NCBI RefSeq assembly: GCF_007197885.1
Contig: NZ_VKKG01000001.1
Coordinates: 494,334-518,333, forward strand
Origin: Tessaracoccus rhinocerotis
Lineage (GTDB): Bacteria; Actinomycetota; Actinomycetes; Propionibacteriales; Propionibacteriaceae
Direction of reading: 5' to 3'
Length of the DNA: 24,000 bases
Below, in pieces: positions 14,679-23,588 of this stretch (the stretch's first letter is position 1; each line of letters opens with the position of its first letter). Under the pieces are notes generated by a model. That model did not search any database and was not told the DNA's origin. It was given only the letters and a program-made list of their open reading frames with translations. The position numbers were made by a program, and so were the translations under genes.

Positions 14679-15870
14679 CCAGGCCGAGCAGAGCGGCGCC
14701 CAACCCCAGCCAGCGGTAGCCGAACGCCTCCATCACTCCTCCTGCCACCGCACCTCCGGCGGCGGCGGCGAGACCCATGCCCACCTCGGCCAAGCCCTGC
14801 ACCGCGGCTCTCTCGTCCGGCCGCACGGCCGCTGTCAACATCGTCGATCCGGACACGAGCGTGCAGGACCAGCCCAGGCCCAGGAGGAACAGGGCCACCA
14901 GCAGCAGCGAGGACCAGCCGGCCTGGGACACTGAGGTCAGCAGCGCCGCGGCCACCAGCAGCACTCCCCCGGTCCCGGCCACCACGACGCCTCCGCGGCG
15001 GTCGACGGCCACGCCGACCAGCGGCGAGAACGCGAACATCCCGAGGATGTGGACCGACAGCACGAAGCCGATCACCTCGAGCTCGGCGTGGCCGTGGGCC
15101 ATGTGAAGGGGTGTCATCCCCATCACCCCCACCATCACCACGTGACCGAGCGCGACCACCAGCGCGCCGCGGCGGGCCTGTGGGTGGGCACGCAGGACGC
15201 GCAGGCCGCGGCTGAGGGAGCCGTCGTTGTCGGCGGGGGCCGCCCCGGGGACCGCACCGGCGAGCTCGCGGGAGACCAGCAGCGGATCGGGCCGCAACCA
15301 GCGCACGATGACGACGATTCCCAATAGCAGCCCCACCAGCGCGAACAGGAAGGAGCCCGCGAGGTCGGGGACCCCGACCAGGCGTCCGAGCTCGCGGCCG
15401 GGCCCGATCAGGTTCGGCCCGAGCACGGCCCCGACGGTGGCCGCCCACACGACGATGGACAGGTCGCGGCCGCGGTGGGCGTCCTCGGCGAGGTCGGCGG
15501 CTGCGTAGCGGGACTGCCCGTTGCCCGCGGTGGCACCGCCGAAGGCCAGCATGCCGAGCACGAGGAGGGGGTAGCTGCGCAGCAGCGCGGCCGCGATGAT
15601 GACAAGGGAGCCGACGGCGGCGAGGGAGTAGCTGAACCACAACCCCGGACGACGGCCCCGCGCCGCCATGATCCGCGCGGTGGGGATGGCGATCAGTGCA
15701 CCTCCGAGGACCTGCGCCGTGGTCCCGAAGCCGGCGAGGGTCTCGGATCCGGTGAGGTCGTCGGCCAGGAGGACCCCCACGGACGCGCCGCTGGCCATCC
15801 CGAGACTGGTCAGGACCTGGGCACCGACGAGTGTGCGGATGACGCGACGTTGCAGTGCCTGGTCAGCCAT
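14635..15870 (-). CDS. MFS transporter
   Basis: 411 aa with about 12 hydrophobic helices and a loop 2-3 type motif (IPTARIMAARGRRPG). It has strong GC3 bias. The alternate-frame ORF 14357..15640 is a shadow. Confidence 0.85.
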   Translation of the reverse strand: MADQALQRRVIRTLVGAQVLTSLGMASGASVGVLLADDLTGSETLAGFGTTAQVLGGALIAIPTARIMAARGRRPGLWFSYSLAAVGSLVIIAAALLRSYPLLVLGMLAFGGATAGNGQSRYAAADLAEDAHRGRDLSIVVWAATVGAVLGPNLIGPGRELGRLVGVPDLAGSFLFALVGLLLGIVVIVRWLRPDPLLVSRELAGAVPGAAPADNDGSLSRGLRVLRAHPQARRGALVVALGHVVMVGVMGMTPLHMAHGHAELEVIGFVLSVHILGMFAFSPLVGVAVDRRGGVVVAGTGGVLLVAAALLTSVSQAGWSSLLLVALFLLGLGWSCTLVSGSTMLTAAVRPDERAAVQGLAEVGMGLAAAAGGAVAGGVMEAFGYRWLGLGAALLGLVILLLATARTRQRS

Positions 15871-15871
15871 G

Positions 15872-15953
15872 TACCGAAGAAGGGACTTGAACCCTCACGC
15901 CCGAAGGCACAGGAACCTAAATCCTGCGTGTCTACCAATTCCACCACTTCGGC
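15872..15953 (-). tRNA. tRNA-Leu (anticodon TAG), class II with long variable arm
   Basis: The reverse complement folds as follows. Acceptor GCCGAAG/CTTCGGT (G1-U72). D arm GTG-GAATTGGTAGA-CAC. Anticodon arm CAGGA-TTTAGGT-TCCTG. Variable arm TGCCTTCGGGCGT. T arm GAGGG-TTCAAGT-CCCTT. Discriminator A. CCA is not encoded. Confidence 0.88.
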
Positions 15954-15955
15954 CC

Positions 15956-15971
15956 GGCCCCATCCGGGGCC
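15956..15971 (-). terminator. Short GC hairpin between the thpR stop and the tRNA-Leu 5' end
   Basis: GGCCCC (15956-15961), atcc, GGGGCC (15966-15971). It lies 18 nt downstream of the thpR stop on the minus strand. Confidence 0.35.
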
Positions 15972-15989
15972 GTCGCCAAGCATAGGCCA

Positions 15990-16550
15990 CTAGGCCCCGA
16001 GCGGGAATCTCTCCAGCACCTCGTAGCGGTTGCCGGGATCGGCCATGTGCGACTGCACCAGGGCCACCTCGGTGACGCGCCAGGTCCAGCCGGGGAAGGA
16101 GTCCACCACGTGGAACCACTTCGTCGCGTCGAACGGACGGCGCGCGCGGGCCAGGGTCAGGTGGCCCCGGAAGCGGCTGCCGTCCGGCGAGGCCCCGGCA
16201 CGCGTGGCCGCTCCCCTGCACGAGGTGGCCAGGGCCGCCAACTGCTCGTGCCCCTCCTCCACCGACATCGCCAGCACCCGGGCCCTGGCGGGGTTCGGGA
16301 AGCACAGTGCCCCTGCCACGCCGACGTCGAAGGGACTGGAACGCGCCATGGCACCCGCCAGGTTCTCGACCAACAGGTCCAGGGCGGTGTCGGAGACCGA
16401 GGCCATGAACGCGGTGGTCAGGTGCCAGCCCTCCGGACGGGTCCAACGCCAGTACTCGATGCCCGCCTCCCGGCGCGGTTCGAGGTGACGACCCAGGTCG
16501 GCGACAACCGGTTCGGGCGGCAGGACGGCTGTGAAGAGTCTCGCTCCCAT
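15990..16550 (-). CDS. thpR: RNA 2',3'-cyclic phosphodiesterase (2H phosphoesterase, ThpR/LigT)
   Basis: Two HxTx motifs are present, WHLTTAF and GHLTLAR. The size and layout are typical of LigT/ThpR. Confidence 0.85.
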   Translation of the reverse strand: MGARLFTAVLPPEPVVADLGRHLEPRREAGIEYWRWTRPEGWHLTTAFMASVSDTALDLLVENLAGAMARSSPFDVGVAGALCFPNPARARVLAMSVEEGHEQLAALATSCRGAATRAGASPDGSRFRGHLTLARARRPFDATKWFHVVDSFPGWTWRVTEVALVQSHMADPGNRYEVLERFPLGA

Positions 16551-16663
16551 GGCGGCGAGTTTACGCGGGGCCGATTCCGCGATCCATTCACGTCCGCAAA
16601 CGCCCCTGCGCGCAGTATTGTGTGCCCACGCGTGCGATCGGTTTGTTGGAGGGGGACCACGGC

Positions 16664-17467
16664 ATGAACACGCTTCTGCCTGCTGAACGAGACCGGCTGC
16701 TGCGGGCCGCGGAACTCTACGAGCGCGAGTACGTGCCCACGGTCGGCCGGCCGATGGCCTACTGCCTGCTGTCCGCCGCCCAGCCGCGGAGCCACGAGCA
16801 GGTGCTCGACGTCGCCTGCGGCACCGGCATCGTGGCCCGGACCGCCGCCGAGGCCGTGGTGGACGTCGGCAACGTCACCGGGTTGGACCCGAGCGAGCCG
16901 ATGCTGGAGGTGGCCGCCACCAAGGCTCCGAGCGGCATGAACTGGGTGCTGGGCACAGCCGAGGACATCCCGCTGGCCGACGACTCCTTCACCCTGGTTT
17001 TGTGCCTGCAGGGGCTGCAGTACTTCGCCGACAGACACAGGGCGCTGGCCGAGATCCGCCGGGTGCTGGGGCCCGGGGGGCGCTTCGCCACCCTCACCCC
17101 CGGACCAACGCCCCCGTTCATGAAGGCGATGGCAGAGGCCCTGGGCGCCCATGTGGGCCCGCACGCCGAGCGCTTCGTGGAGCGCATCTTCGAGCTGGGA
17201 CAGCCCGATGAGGTGGCCGCGCTCCTGCGCGAGGCGGACTTCCACGACGTCCGCACGGAGGCCGCCACCGTCACGATCACGCTGCCGCCGCCGCGGGACA
17301 CCTTCGACATGTACATCGCGGCGACGCCGCTGGCACCCATGGTGGCTGTCCTCGACGAGCCGCAGCTGCAGCGGTTGCGCGACGACTTCGTCGAGCGCTG
17401 TGCCGCCTTGGACGATCCCACCGTGCTGCTGATCGACTACGTCGTGGCGCTGGGCTCCAAGCCCTGA
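16664..17467 (+). CDS. Class I SAM-dependent methyltransferase
   Basis: Motif I VLDVACGTGIVA and motif post-I/II DDSFTLVLCLQGLQYF. ATG 16664 is preferred over GTG 16622 because GGAGGGGG lies about 8 nt upstream. Confidence 0.8.
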   Translation: MNTLLPAERDRLLRAAELYEREYVPTVGRPMAYCLLSAAQPRSHEQVLDVACGTGIVARTAAEAVVDVGNVTGLDPSEPMLEVAATKAPSGMNWVLGTAEDIPLADDSFTLVLCLQGLQYFADRHRALAEIRRVLGPGGRFATLTPGPTPPFMKAMAEALGAHVGPHAERFVERIFELGQPDEVAALLREADFHDVRTEAATVTITLPPPRDTFDMYIAATPLAPMVAVLDEPQLQRLRDDFVERCAALDDPTVLLIDYVVALGSKP

Positions 17468-18783
17468 GGCGCGGGCAACTCCGGCAGGTCGGGGGCGGGC
17501 CGCAGTGACGGGTCGGCGGCTTCGAAGGTCCTGATGGGGCCGGGGCCTGTGTCCCTGGTCTCGAATCGCACGGTCACGCGCCCGAGCCCGGCCCCCCACA
17601 CCCAGCCCCGACCGAACTCGTCGTGCTCGACGTCGGCGCCGGGATGGTAACCGTGCCCGCGCACGCCGGAGACGGCGACCTCGCTCGAGGTCTGGGTGGC
17701 CCCGACGGGCGTCTCGGACTCGTCGTCGAAGAGCTGCTCCTGGGCGGCGCGGGTGAAGTTGGAGGCGCCGATGCCGAGCAGGCGGACCCCGGCCCGGACG
17801 TCGACCTCCCGCAGCAACTCCTCACCGACGGCAGCGATCACCTCAACCCTGTCGGTGGCCCCGGCCAGGGACCGCGCCTTGGACACGGTGGTGAAGTCGC
17901 CCATCCTGACCTTGATGCTGATGGTCTTGGCGAACACCCCCGCCGCCTCCACGCGCCTCGCGACCAGCCGGGCGTCGCGGCGCAGGATGTCCTCCAGTTC
18001 GGCGCGGTCCTTGAGGTCGCTGGGGAACGTGTCCTCGGTGGAGATGGACTTCGCCTCCCGCTCGGCGACCACGGGCCGGTTGTCGCGGGCGAATGCGAGC
18101 TCCGCCAAGGCCTCCCCCGACGCCCTGCCCAGCTCGCGGACGAGTTCCCCGGGATCGGCGTGCCGGAGGTCCTCGACGGTGTGCATCCCGATGGTCACGA
18201 GCTTCTGCTCGGTGACCGGTCCGACCCCCGGGATGTTGCGCACCGGCATCGGCGCGATGAAGTCCAGCTCCTCCCCCGGCCGCACCACGCGGAACCCGTC
18301 AGGCTTGCCGTCCTCGGAGGCCAGCTTGGCGAGGAACTTGCTGCTGGCCACACCGACCGACGCCGTCAGACCGGCGGTGCGGCGGGTGAGCTCGCTGCGC
18401 AGCTCCCGGACGTGGTCCTCGACGCGTGAGAGGTCCCAGCCACTGGCTGCGAGGTCCACGAACGCCTCGTCCAGGCTCAACGGCTCCACCAATGGCGACA
18501 CCTCCGCGAGGAGCGCCATCACCACGCGGGAGGACTGCCGGTAGGCGTCGAACCGGCCACCGAGGAACGCTGCGTTGGGCGCCCTTCGACGCGCCTCAGT
18601 GCCGGGCATGGCGGAGCGGACACCGAAACGCCTGGCCTCGTAGCTGGCCGTGGCCACGACCCCGCGAGGGCCCGAGCCGCCCACCACGACCGCCTTGCCC
18701 CGCAAGCTGGGCTTGTCCCGCTGCTCGACGGCGGCGAAGAAGGCGTCCAGGTCCAGGTGCAGGATGCTGGCCGTCGAACGCAT
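17437..18783 (-). CDS. dinB: DNA polymerase IV (Y-family) with a C-terminal extension
   Basis: ILHLDLDAFFAAVEQRD, SLDEAF and GVGPVT are present. An internal clamp-binding-like QEQLF sits within 17719-17742. Start set at ATG 18783, since the longer track N-terminus has no homology-like features. Confidence 0.9.
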   Translation of the reverse strand: MRSTASILHLDLDAFFAAVEQRDKPSLRGKAVVVGGSGPRGVVATASYEARRFGVRSAMPGTEARRRAPNAAFLGGRFDAYRQSSRVVMALLAEVSPLVEPLSLDEAFVDLAASGWDLSRVEDHVRELRSELTRRTAGLTASVGVASSKFLAKLASEDGKPDGFRVVRPGEELDFIAPMPVRNIPGVGPVTEQKLVTIGMHTVEDLRHADPGELVRELGRASGEALAELAFARDNRPVVAEREAKSISTEDTFPSDLKDRAELEDILRRDARLVARRVEAAGVFAKTISIKVRMGDFTTVSKARSLAGATDRVEVIAAVGEELLREVDVRAGVRLLGIGASNFTRAAQEQLFDDESETPVGATQTSSEVAVSGVRGHGYHPGADVEHDEFGRGWVWGAGLGRVTVRFETRDTGPGPIRTFEAADPSLRPAPDLPELPAPQGLEPSATT

Positions 18784-18874
18784 GCTGCAGAGGCTACCGG
18801 TCCGCCATGGGCAGGGCCGTGTCGAACCGGCGGGTATCCTACTGGGCGAAATGGTCTTTGTCTGAGGAGCAGCA

Positions 18875-19828
18875 GTGACCCAGCGCAACCGCGGTCTTGT
18901 CGTCGGCATGCTGATCGCTCTGGCGGCACATCTGGTCGCCGCAGGTCTTGTCTGGAGCGTGTTCGGCCGGCTTCCCGAGTTGGTGGTCAGTCACTGGGGC
19001 CCGAACGGTCCTGACGGCTTCGTGGCCAAGGGGCACACCTTCTGGGTGCTCCTCGGCTCGCTGGGCTTCACCGTCTTGTTCACCCTGCTGGTCGCCGCAG
19101 TGACGCCGCGTGGCGAAGGGGCCACAGTCGCGGGGCTCGGGGCGGCCATGGGCGTTTTCCTGGCAGTGCTGCTCGGCGGCACGACAGTGTTGCAGTCCGG
19201 CACCACCTCCGCTGGACCGCTGGAGTTCCAATCCTGGTGGCTCCTTCCCGCAGTCACCGTCGCGATCCTCACCGGGATTGCGTCGTCGAGTCTTGTCGGT
19301 CAGGCACCACCACGGCCGAACGCCACCAGGATTCCGCCCCATTCGGCGCGTCTACCAGAGGAGGATCCGCGACGTACCTGGAACGCCATCGTTGCGTCGT
19401 CACCCGGGTTCCTGCTGATCCTGTTGCTCCCCGTCCCGGTGTTCCTCATCGTGGCCTTCGCCATGCAGGACTGGCTCCTGCCCCTCGTCTTCATGGTGCT
19501 GGTCGCGATTCCGCTGCTGGGTATGTGGCGCTGGAGAATCGGCGTCGACGCCGATGGTCTCAGCGTCGTGGGGCACCTGGGCTGGCCAAGGCTGCACCGC
19601 GGGCTGCACGAGATCGAGGAAGCGTCGGTACTCGAGCGCGTCGAGGCGATGGAGTACGGCGGACCGGGTCTGCGCATGACCTCGCAGGGTGCGCGGCTGG
19701 CGTTGCGCAGCGGCCCCGGCCTGCGTCTCGAACTGTCCGACGGCACGGACTTCATCGCCACTGTGCCAGGGGCCGACACCGCCGCTCGCACACTCAACAC
19801 CCTCATCGGCGAGCAACGCGAGCGATGA
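18875..19828 (+). CDS. DUF1648-like membrane protein with a C-terminal bacterial-PH-like domain
   Basis: GTG start with SD GAGGAG 5 nt upstream. The N-terminus is LPELVVSHWGPNGPDGF (the DUF1648 HWG motif), followed by 5-6 TM segments. The C-terminal soluble region (GVDADGLSVVG...GLRLELSDGTDF) is bPH-like. Confidence 0.65.
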   Translation: MTQRNRGLVVGMLIALAAHLVAAGLVWSVFGRLPELVVSHWGPNGPDGFVAKGHTFWVLLGSLGFTVLFTLLVAAVTPRGEGATVAGLGAAMGVFLAVLLGGTTVLQSGTTSAGPLEFQSWWLLPAVTVAILTGIASSSLVGQAPPRPNATRIPPHSARLPEEDPRRTWNAIVASSPGFLLILLLPVPVFLIVAFAMQDWLLPLVFMVLVAIPLLGMWRWRIGVDADGLSVVGHLGWPRLHRGLHEIEEASVLERVEAMEYGGPGLRMTSQGARLALRSGPGLRLELSDGTDFIATVPGADTAARTLNTLIGEQRER

Positions 19829-20912
19829 GGAACTCGCCTGCTTCCTCGACAGTGTCGACCAGCCTGATGGCGTCGGCCATGGGCTTGCCGGCCGCCAGCG
19901 ACGACAGCAGCGGCCAGGCGGGCAGCGTGCGCGTCCACTGCTCGACCCCGACCAGCACCAGCGGCGTGATGGTCGAGGGGTCCTCCGCGTAGTAGTTGCC
20001 CGTGACGGCCTGGAACAGTTCCTGGACCGTGCCGGCGGCGCCGGGCAGGTAGACCAGGCCGCCGCGGCAACGCTTGAGCAGGATGTCCTCGCGCAGGGCG
20101 TTGGAGCAGAACTTCGCGATCTGGGAGGCGAACACGTTGGGCGGCTCGTGGCCGTAGAACCAGGTGGGGATGCCGAGGTTGTCGGACCCGCCGGAGAACT
20201 GGGCCTTCACCTCGAACGCGACCTTGGCCCAGTCGTCGACGGAGGGGACGAACCGCGGGACCGTGGCCAGCATGCGCAGCGCCTCCGCCAGCGCCTGGGG
20301 TCCGTGCGGGGCCAGCCTCGCGCCGAGGTTGGCAGCCTCCATGGCGCCCGGTCCGCCGCCGGAGGCCACCAGCTTGCCGGCGAGCGCGAGCTGCATGCCG
20401 AGGCGTGCAGTGGCCGCGTAGCCCTCGCTCCCCCGCTGCAGGGCATGTCCGCCCATCACACCCACGACCTGGACGGGGTCCACCATGTCCAGGTAGTCGT
20501 CGAGGGCCTCCGCGATCGCATGGTCGTGCAGCGACTCGGCCAGTTGCTGGTCCAGCGACGGCTCACCCGCGGCTCCGCGCGTCCACGCGTAGCCACGGGC
20601 GTCGAGGCTGTCCTCGTAGGTTCCCGTCGGGTAGGTGTCGAACAGGTCGATGGGCGTGTACAGGTGCGCACGATAGGTGTTCAGCGGCGCGTCCGGCAGG
20701 CGCGGGAACAGCAGGGCGCCACCGGCGCGCAGGATCTGGGCGCCCTCCTCGCTCAGGCGGCAGCCCAGCACCAGGGCGCCGTCGACGCGGCAGGTCCGCA
20801 GCGCATCGTCGCGATGCCTCAGGTCGAGCGACTGCAATACCGCCCTGGACAGGTCACCGCCCGCCGCCACGGCGTCGTCGAACTGGGCGAGGGTGTCCAT
20901 CTCGGTGCGCAT
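19803..20912 (-). CDS. LOG family protein (nucleotide 5'-monophosphate nucleosidase, PpnN-like long form)
   Basis: SGGGPGAMEAANLGA and YLPGAAGTVQELFQA match the LOG GGGxGxM / PGGxGTxxE motifs. The ~150-aa N-terminal extension is uncharacterised. Confidence 0.8.
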   Translation of the reverse strand: MRTEMDTLAQFDDAVAAGGDLSRAVLQSLDLRHRDDALRTCRVDGALVLGCRLSEEGAQILRAGGALLFPRLPDAPLNTYRAHLYTPIDLFDTYPTGTYEDSLDARGYAWTRGAAGEPSLDQQLAESLHDHAIAEALDDYLDMVDPVQVVGVMGGHALQRGSEGYAATARLGMQLALAGKLVASGGGPGAMEAANLGARLAPHGPQALAEALRMLATVPRFVPSVDDWAKVAFEVKAQFSGGSDNLGIPTWFYGHEPPNVFASQIAKFCSNALREDILLKRCRGGLVYLPGAAGTVQELFQAVTGNYYAEDPSTITPLVLVGVEQWTRTLPAWPLLSSLAAGKPMADAIRLVDTVEEAGEFLIARVARR

Positions 20913-20945
20913 GGCCCCGAGCCTAGTTCGCGGCCGCGGCCCGCG

Positions 20946-21428
20946 TCAGGTCATCGTCGGTGTGGGGCGGTACTGGACGAAGTCGAAGCCCGGCATGGGT
21001 TCGCGGGAGATCTCGGTCCACTCCCGCTGGGTCACCAGCGGGAACGTCGCGCCGCCCTCGGGCGACTGGTGGACGTGGGTCAGGTCCAGCTCGGTCAGGT
21101 AGGGCCAGGCGGCTGCGTAGATCTCCGCCCCGCCGCCGACGTAGCAGATCTTCTCCGGCGTCTGGGCGGCCAGTTCGAGGGCTTCCTCGATCGAGTGCGC
21201 CACCTCGACGCCCTCCTCGGACCAGTCCCGGTTGCGGGTGACGACGATCAGCCGGCGGTTCGGCAGCCGACGCCCGATCTGCTCGTGCGTGCGCCGCCCG
21301 AAGATCAGCGTGTTGCCGGTGGTGACCTCCTTGAACCGCTTGAAGTCCAGCGGCAGGTGCCAAAGCATGTCGTCCCCGGAGCCGATGACTCCGTTGTCCG
21401 CGACTGCGGCGATCGCAACGATGCGCAC
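20946..21428 (-). CDS. folA: Dihydrofolate reductase
   Basis: IAAVADNGVIGSGDDMLWHLPLDFKRFKEVTTGNTLIFGRRTHEQIG and YVGGGAEIY. Confidence 0.9.
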   Translation of the reverse strand: MRIVAIAAVADNGVIGSGDDMLWHLPLDFKRFKEVTTGNTLIFGRRTHEQIGRRLPNRRLIVVTRNRDWSEEGVEVAHSIEEALELAAQTPEKICYVGGGAEIYAAAWPYLTELDLTHVHQSPEGGATFPLVTQREWTEISREPMPGFDFVQYRPTPTMT

Positions 21429-21440
21429 TTCTACGTCCTC

Positions 21441-22256
21441 CTAGACGGCGATGGGCGCCTTGATGGCGGGCGCCGGGTTGTAGTCGAGCACCTCGATGTC
21501 GGCGAGCTCGAACTCGTCGATCGCCCTGACGTCGGGGTTCAGCCGCAGGGTCGGGAGCGTTCCGGGCTTGCGGGTCAACTGCTCGGCCACCTGGTCGAAG
21601 TGGTTGGAGTAGATGTGGGCGTCACCGAAGGTGTGGACGAAGTCGCCCACCTCGAGATCGCTGACCTGCGCGACCAGGTGGGTGAGCAGGGCATAGCTGG
21701 CGATGTTGAACGGCACGCCGAGGAACAGGTCCGCGGAGCGCTGGTACAGCTGGCAGCTGAGCACCCCCCTGCCGCCCTCCTGCGCGGGTGGGGCCACGTA
21801 GAACTGGAACAGCGAGTGGCACGGCGGCAGGGCCATCTCGTCGACGTCGGCGACGTTCCACGCGCTGACGATGTGGCGGCGGGAGTCGGGCTTGGTGCGC
21901 AGGGACTCGATAAGGTTCGCGATCTGGTCGACGTGCCGGCCGTCGGGCGTGGGCCAGGAGCGCCACTGGTACCCGTAGACGGGCCCCAGGTTGCCGTCGG
22001 CGTCGGCCCACTCGTCCCAGATGGTGATCCGGTTCTCGTGCAGCCACTTGATGTTGGTCTCGCCGCGCAGGAACCACAGCAGTTCCCCGAACACGCTGCG
22101 GGTGTGGACCTTCTTCGTGGTCAGCAGCGGGAAGCCCTCGCGCAGGTCGAAGCGGAGTTGGTGCCCGAAGATGCTCCGGGTACCGGTGCCGGTGCGGTCC
22201 GACTTGTCGATGCCGGTGTCCATCACGAGCCTGAGCAGGTCCAGGTACTGCTGCAT
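21441..22256 (-). CDS. thyA: Thymidylate synthase (ThyA type)
   Basis: [23 protein letters not shown], the catalytic Cys in [13 protein letters not shown], and [20 protein letters not shown]. Confidence 0.95.
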   Translation of the reverse strand: MQQYLDLLRLVMDTGIDKSDRTGTGTRSIFGHQLRFDLREGFPLLTTKKVHTRSVFGELLWFLRGETNIKWLHENRITIWDEWADADGNLGPVYGYQWRSWPTPDGRHVDQIANLIESLRTKPDSRRHIVSAWNVADVDEMALPPCHSLFQFYVAPPAQEGGRGVLSCQLYQRSADLFLGVPFNIASYALLTHLVAQVSDLEVGDFVHTFGDAHIYSNHFDQVAEQLTRKPGTLPTLRLNPDVRAIDEFELADIEVLDYNPAPAIKAPIAV

Positions 22257-22257
22257 C

Positions 22258-22863
22258 TCAGCCCTCCTCGAGCCAGTCCACGAAAGCGCGCACCGCGTGG
22301 CCGCGGTGGCTGATGGCGTCCTTGGCCGACGGCGTCAACTCGGCCGTGGTCTGCGCGTGTCCGTCGGCGACGAAGATCGGGTCGTACCCGAAGCCGTTGG
22401 TCCCGGCCTCCGCGGTGGCGATCCGACCGGGCATCTCGCCGCGCCAGACGAGCCGCTCGCCGTCGGGAGCGACGAAGGCCAGGGCGCACACGAACCGGGC
22501 GGTGCGGCGATCCTCGGGGACGCCGTCGAGCTGCCTGAGCAGGAGCTCGAGGTTGGCCCGGTCGTCACACTCGGGCCCGGCCCAGCGGGCGGAGCGGACG
22601 CCGGGCATGCCGCCCAGTTCGTCGACCTCCAGGCCGGAGTCGTCGGCGATGGCGGCCACACCGGTCGCCGCGACGGCCGCCTCTGCCTTCAGGAAGGCAT
22701 TGCCCTCGAAGGTGCGCTCGGTCTCGTCCGGGTCGGGGTAGGACGGGAAGTCCGCCAGGCCCAGGACCTGCACGTCCAGGCCGGCGGCCGCGACGACCCG
22801 GCGCAGCTCGACCAGCTTCTTGGCGTTGTTGGTGGCCAGCACCACCCGATCGGGCCGGCTCAC
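22258..22863 (-). CDS. rdgB: Non-canonical purine NTP pyrophosphatase (RdgB/HAM1)
   Basis: [22 protein letters not shown] and [11 protein letters not shown] 22863 overlaps the rph stop (GTGA). The stop lies 1 nt from the thyA ATG. Confidence 0.88.
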   Translation of the reverse strand: MSRPDRVVLATNNAKKLVELRRVVAAAGLDVQVLGLADFPSYPDPDETERTFEGNAFLKAEAAVAATGVAAIADDSGLEVDELGGMPGVRSARWAGPECDDRANLELLLRQLDGVPEDRRTARFVCALAFVAPDGERLVWRGEMPGRIATAEAGTNGFGYDPIFVADGHAQTTAELTPSAKDAISHRGHAVRAFVDWLEEG

Positions 22864-23588
22864 TTCGCGAGCGCCTCCTGCTGCAGGCGGGTGAGCTCGG
22901 CGCACCCGGCCTCGCCCAGGTCGAGCAGCTGGTTGAGTTCAGCGCGTGTGAACGGCTCGCCCTCCGCGGTGCCCTGCACCTCGATGAGGGTGCCGGAGCC
23001 TGTCATCACGATGTTCATGTCGGTGCCCGCGCCGGAGTCCTCCTCGTAGTCGAGGTCCAGCAGGGGCCGGCCTCCGACGAAGCCCACGGAGATCGCGGCC
23101 ACCGAGTCCTTGAGCGGCTCGCCCTTCAGCGCGCCGAGGCGGCGCAGGTGCGCGACGGCATCGGCCAGTGCGACGTACGCGCCGGTGATGGCTGCGGTTC
23201 GGGTGCCGCCGTCGGCCTGGAGGACGTCGCAGTCGAGGACGATGGTGTTCTCGCCGAGGGCCTTGTAGTCGATCACCGCACGCAGCGAGCGGCCGATCAG
23301 GCGGGAGATCTCATGGGTGCGGCCACCGATCCTGCCCTTGACGGACTCGCGGTCGCCGCGGGTGTGGGTGGCGCGCGGCAGCATCGAGTACTCGGCGGTC
23401 ACCCAGCCCAGGCCGGAGTCCTTGCGCCAGCGGGGTACCCCGACGGTGACGCTCGCGGCCACGAGCACGCGGGTGCGCCCGAACTCCACGAGCACCGAGC
23501 CCTCGGCATGGTCGAGCCAGTTGCGGGTGATGCGGACTTCGCGCAGGGCGTCGGGGGTGCGGCCGTCGTGGCGGGGGGATTCAGTCAT
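22860..23588 (-). CDS. rph: Ribonuclease PH
   Basis: [34 protein letters not shown] and [23 protein letters not shown]. Confidence 0.93.
   Translation of the reverse strand: MTESPRHDGRTPDALREVRITRNWLDHAEGSVLVEFGRTRVLVAASVTVGVPRWRKDSGLGWVTAEYSMLPRATHTRGDRESVKGRIGGRTHEISRLIGRSLRAVIDYKALGENTIVLDCDVLQADGGTRTAAITGAYVALADAVAHLRRLGALKGEPLKDSVAAISVGFVGGRPLLDLDYEEDSGAGTDMNIVMTGSGTLIEVQGTAEGEPFTRAELNQLLDLGEAGCAELTRLQQEALAK

Noticed and set aside
14357-15640. 427-aa minus ORF overlapping the MFS gene
   Set aside because: It is on the same strand as the MFS gene but out of frame. The sequence is extremely Arg/Pro/Gly-rich, whereas the MFS frame gives 12 coherent hydrophobic helices.
18774-18837. Possible LexA (SOS) boxes near the dinB start: TCGAAC at 18774-18779 and 18822-18827
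   Set aside because: Only half-sites are present. The required partner, GTTCGA 4 nt downstream, is absent (gctgca and gggtat instead). There is also no RecA-NDp-type TGTCGGTG motif.
19689-22313. 874-aa plus-strand ORF, the longest in the track
   Set aside because: It lies antisense to the well-supported LOG, folA and thyA genes. The product is Arg/Gly/Ala/Pro-rich and low-complexity, with no recognisable motif. It is a typical stop-codon-poor shadow frame in about 70% GC DNA.
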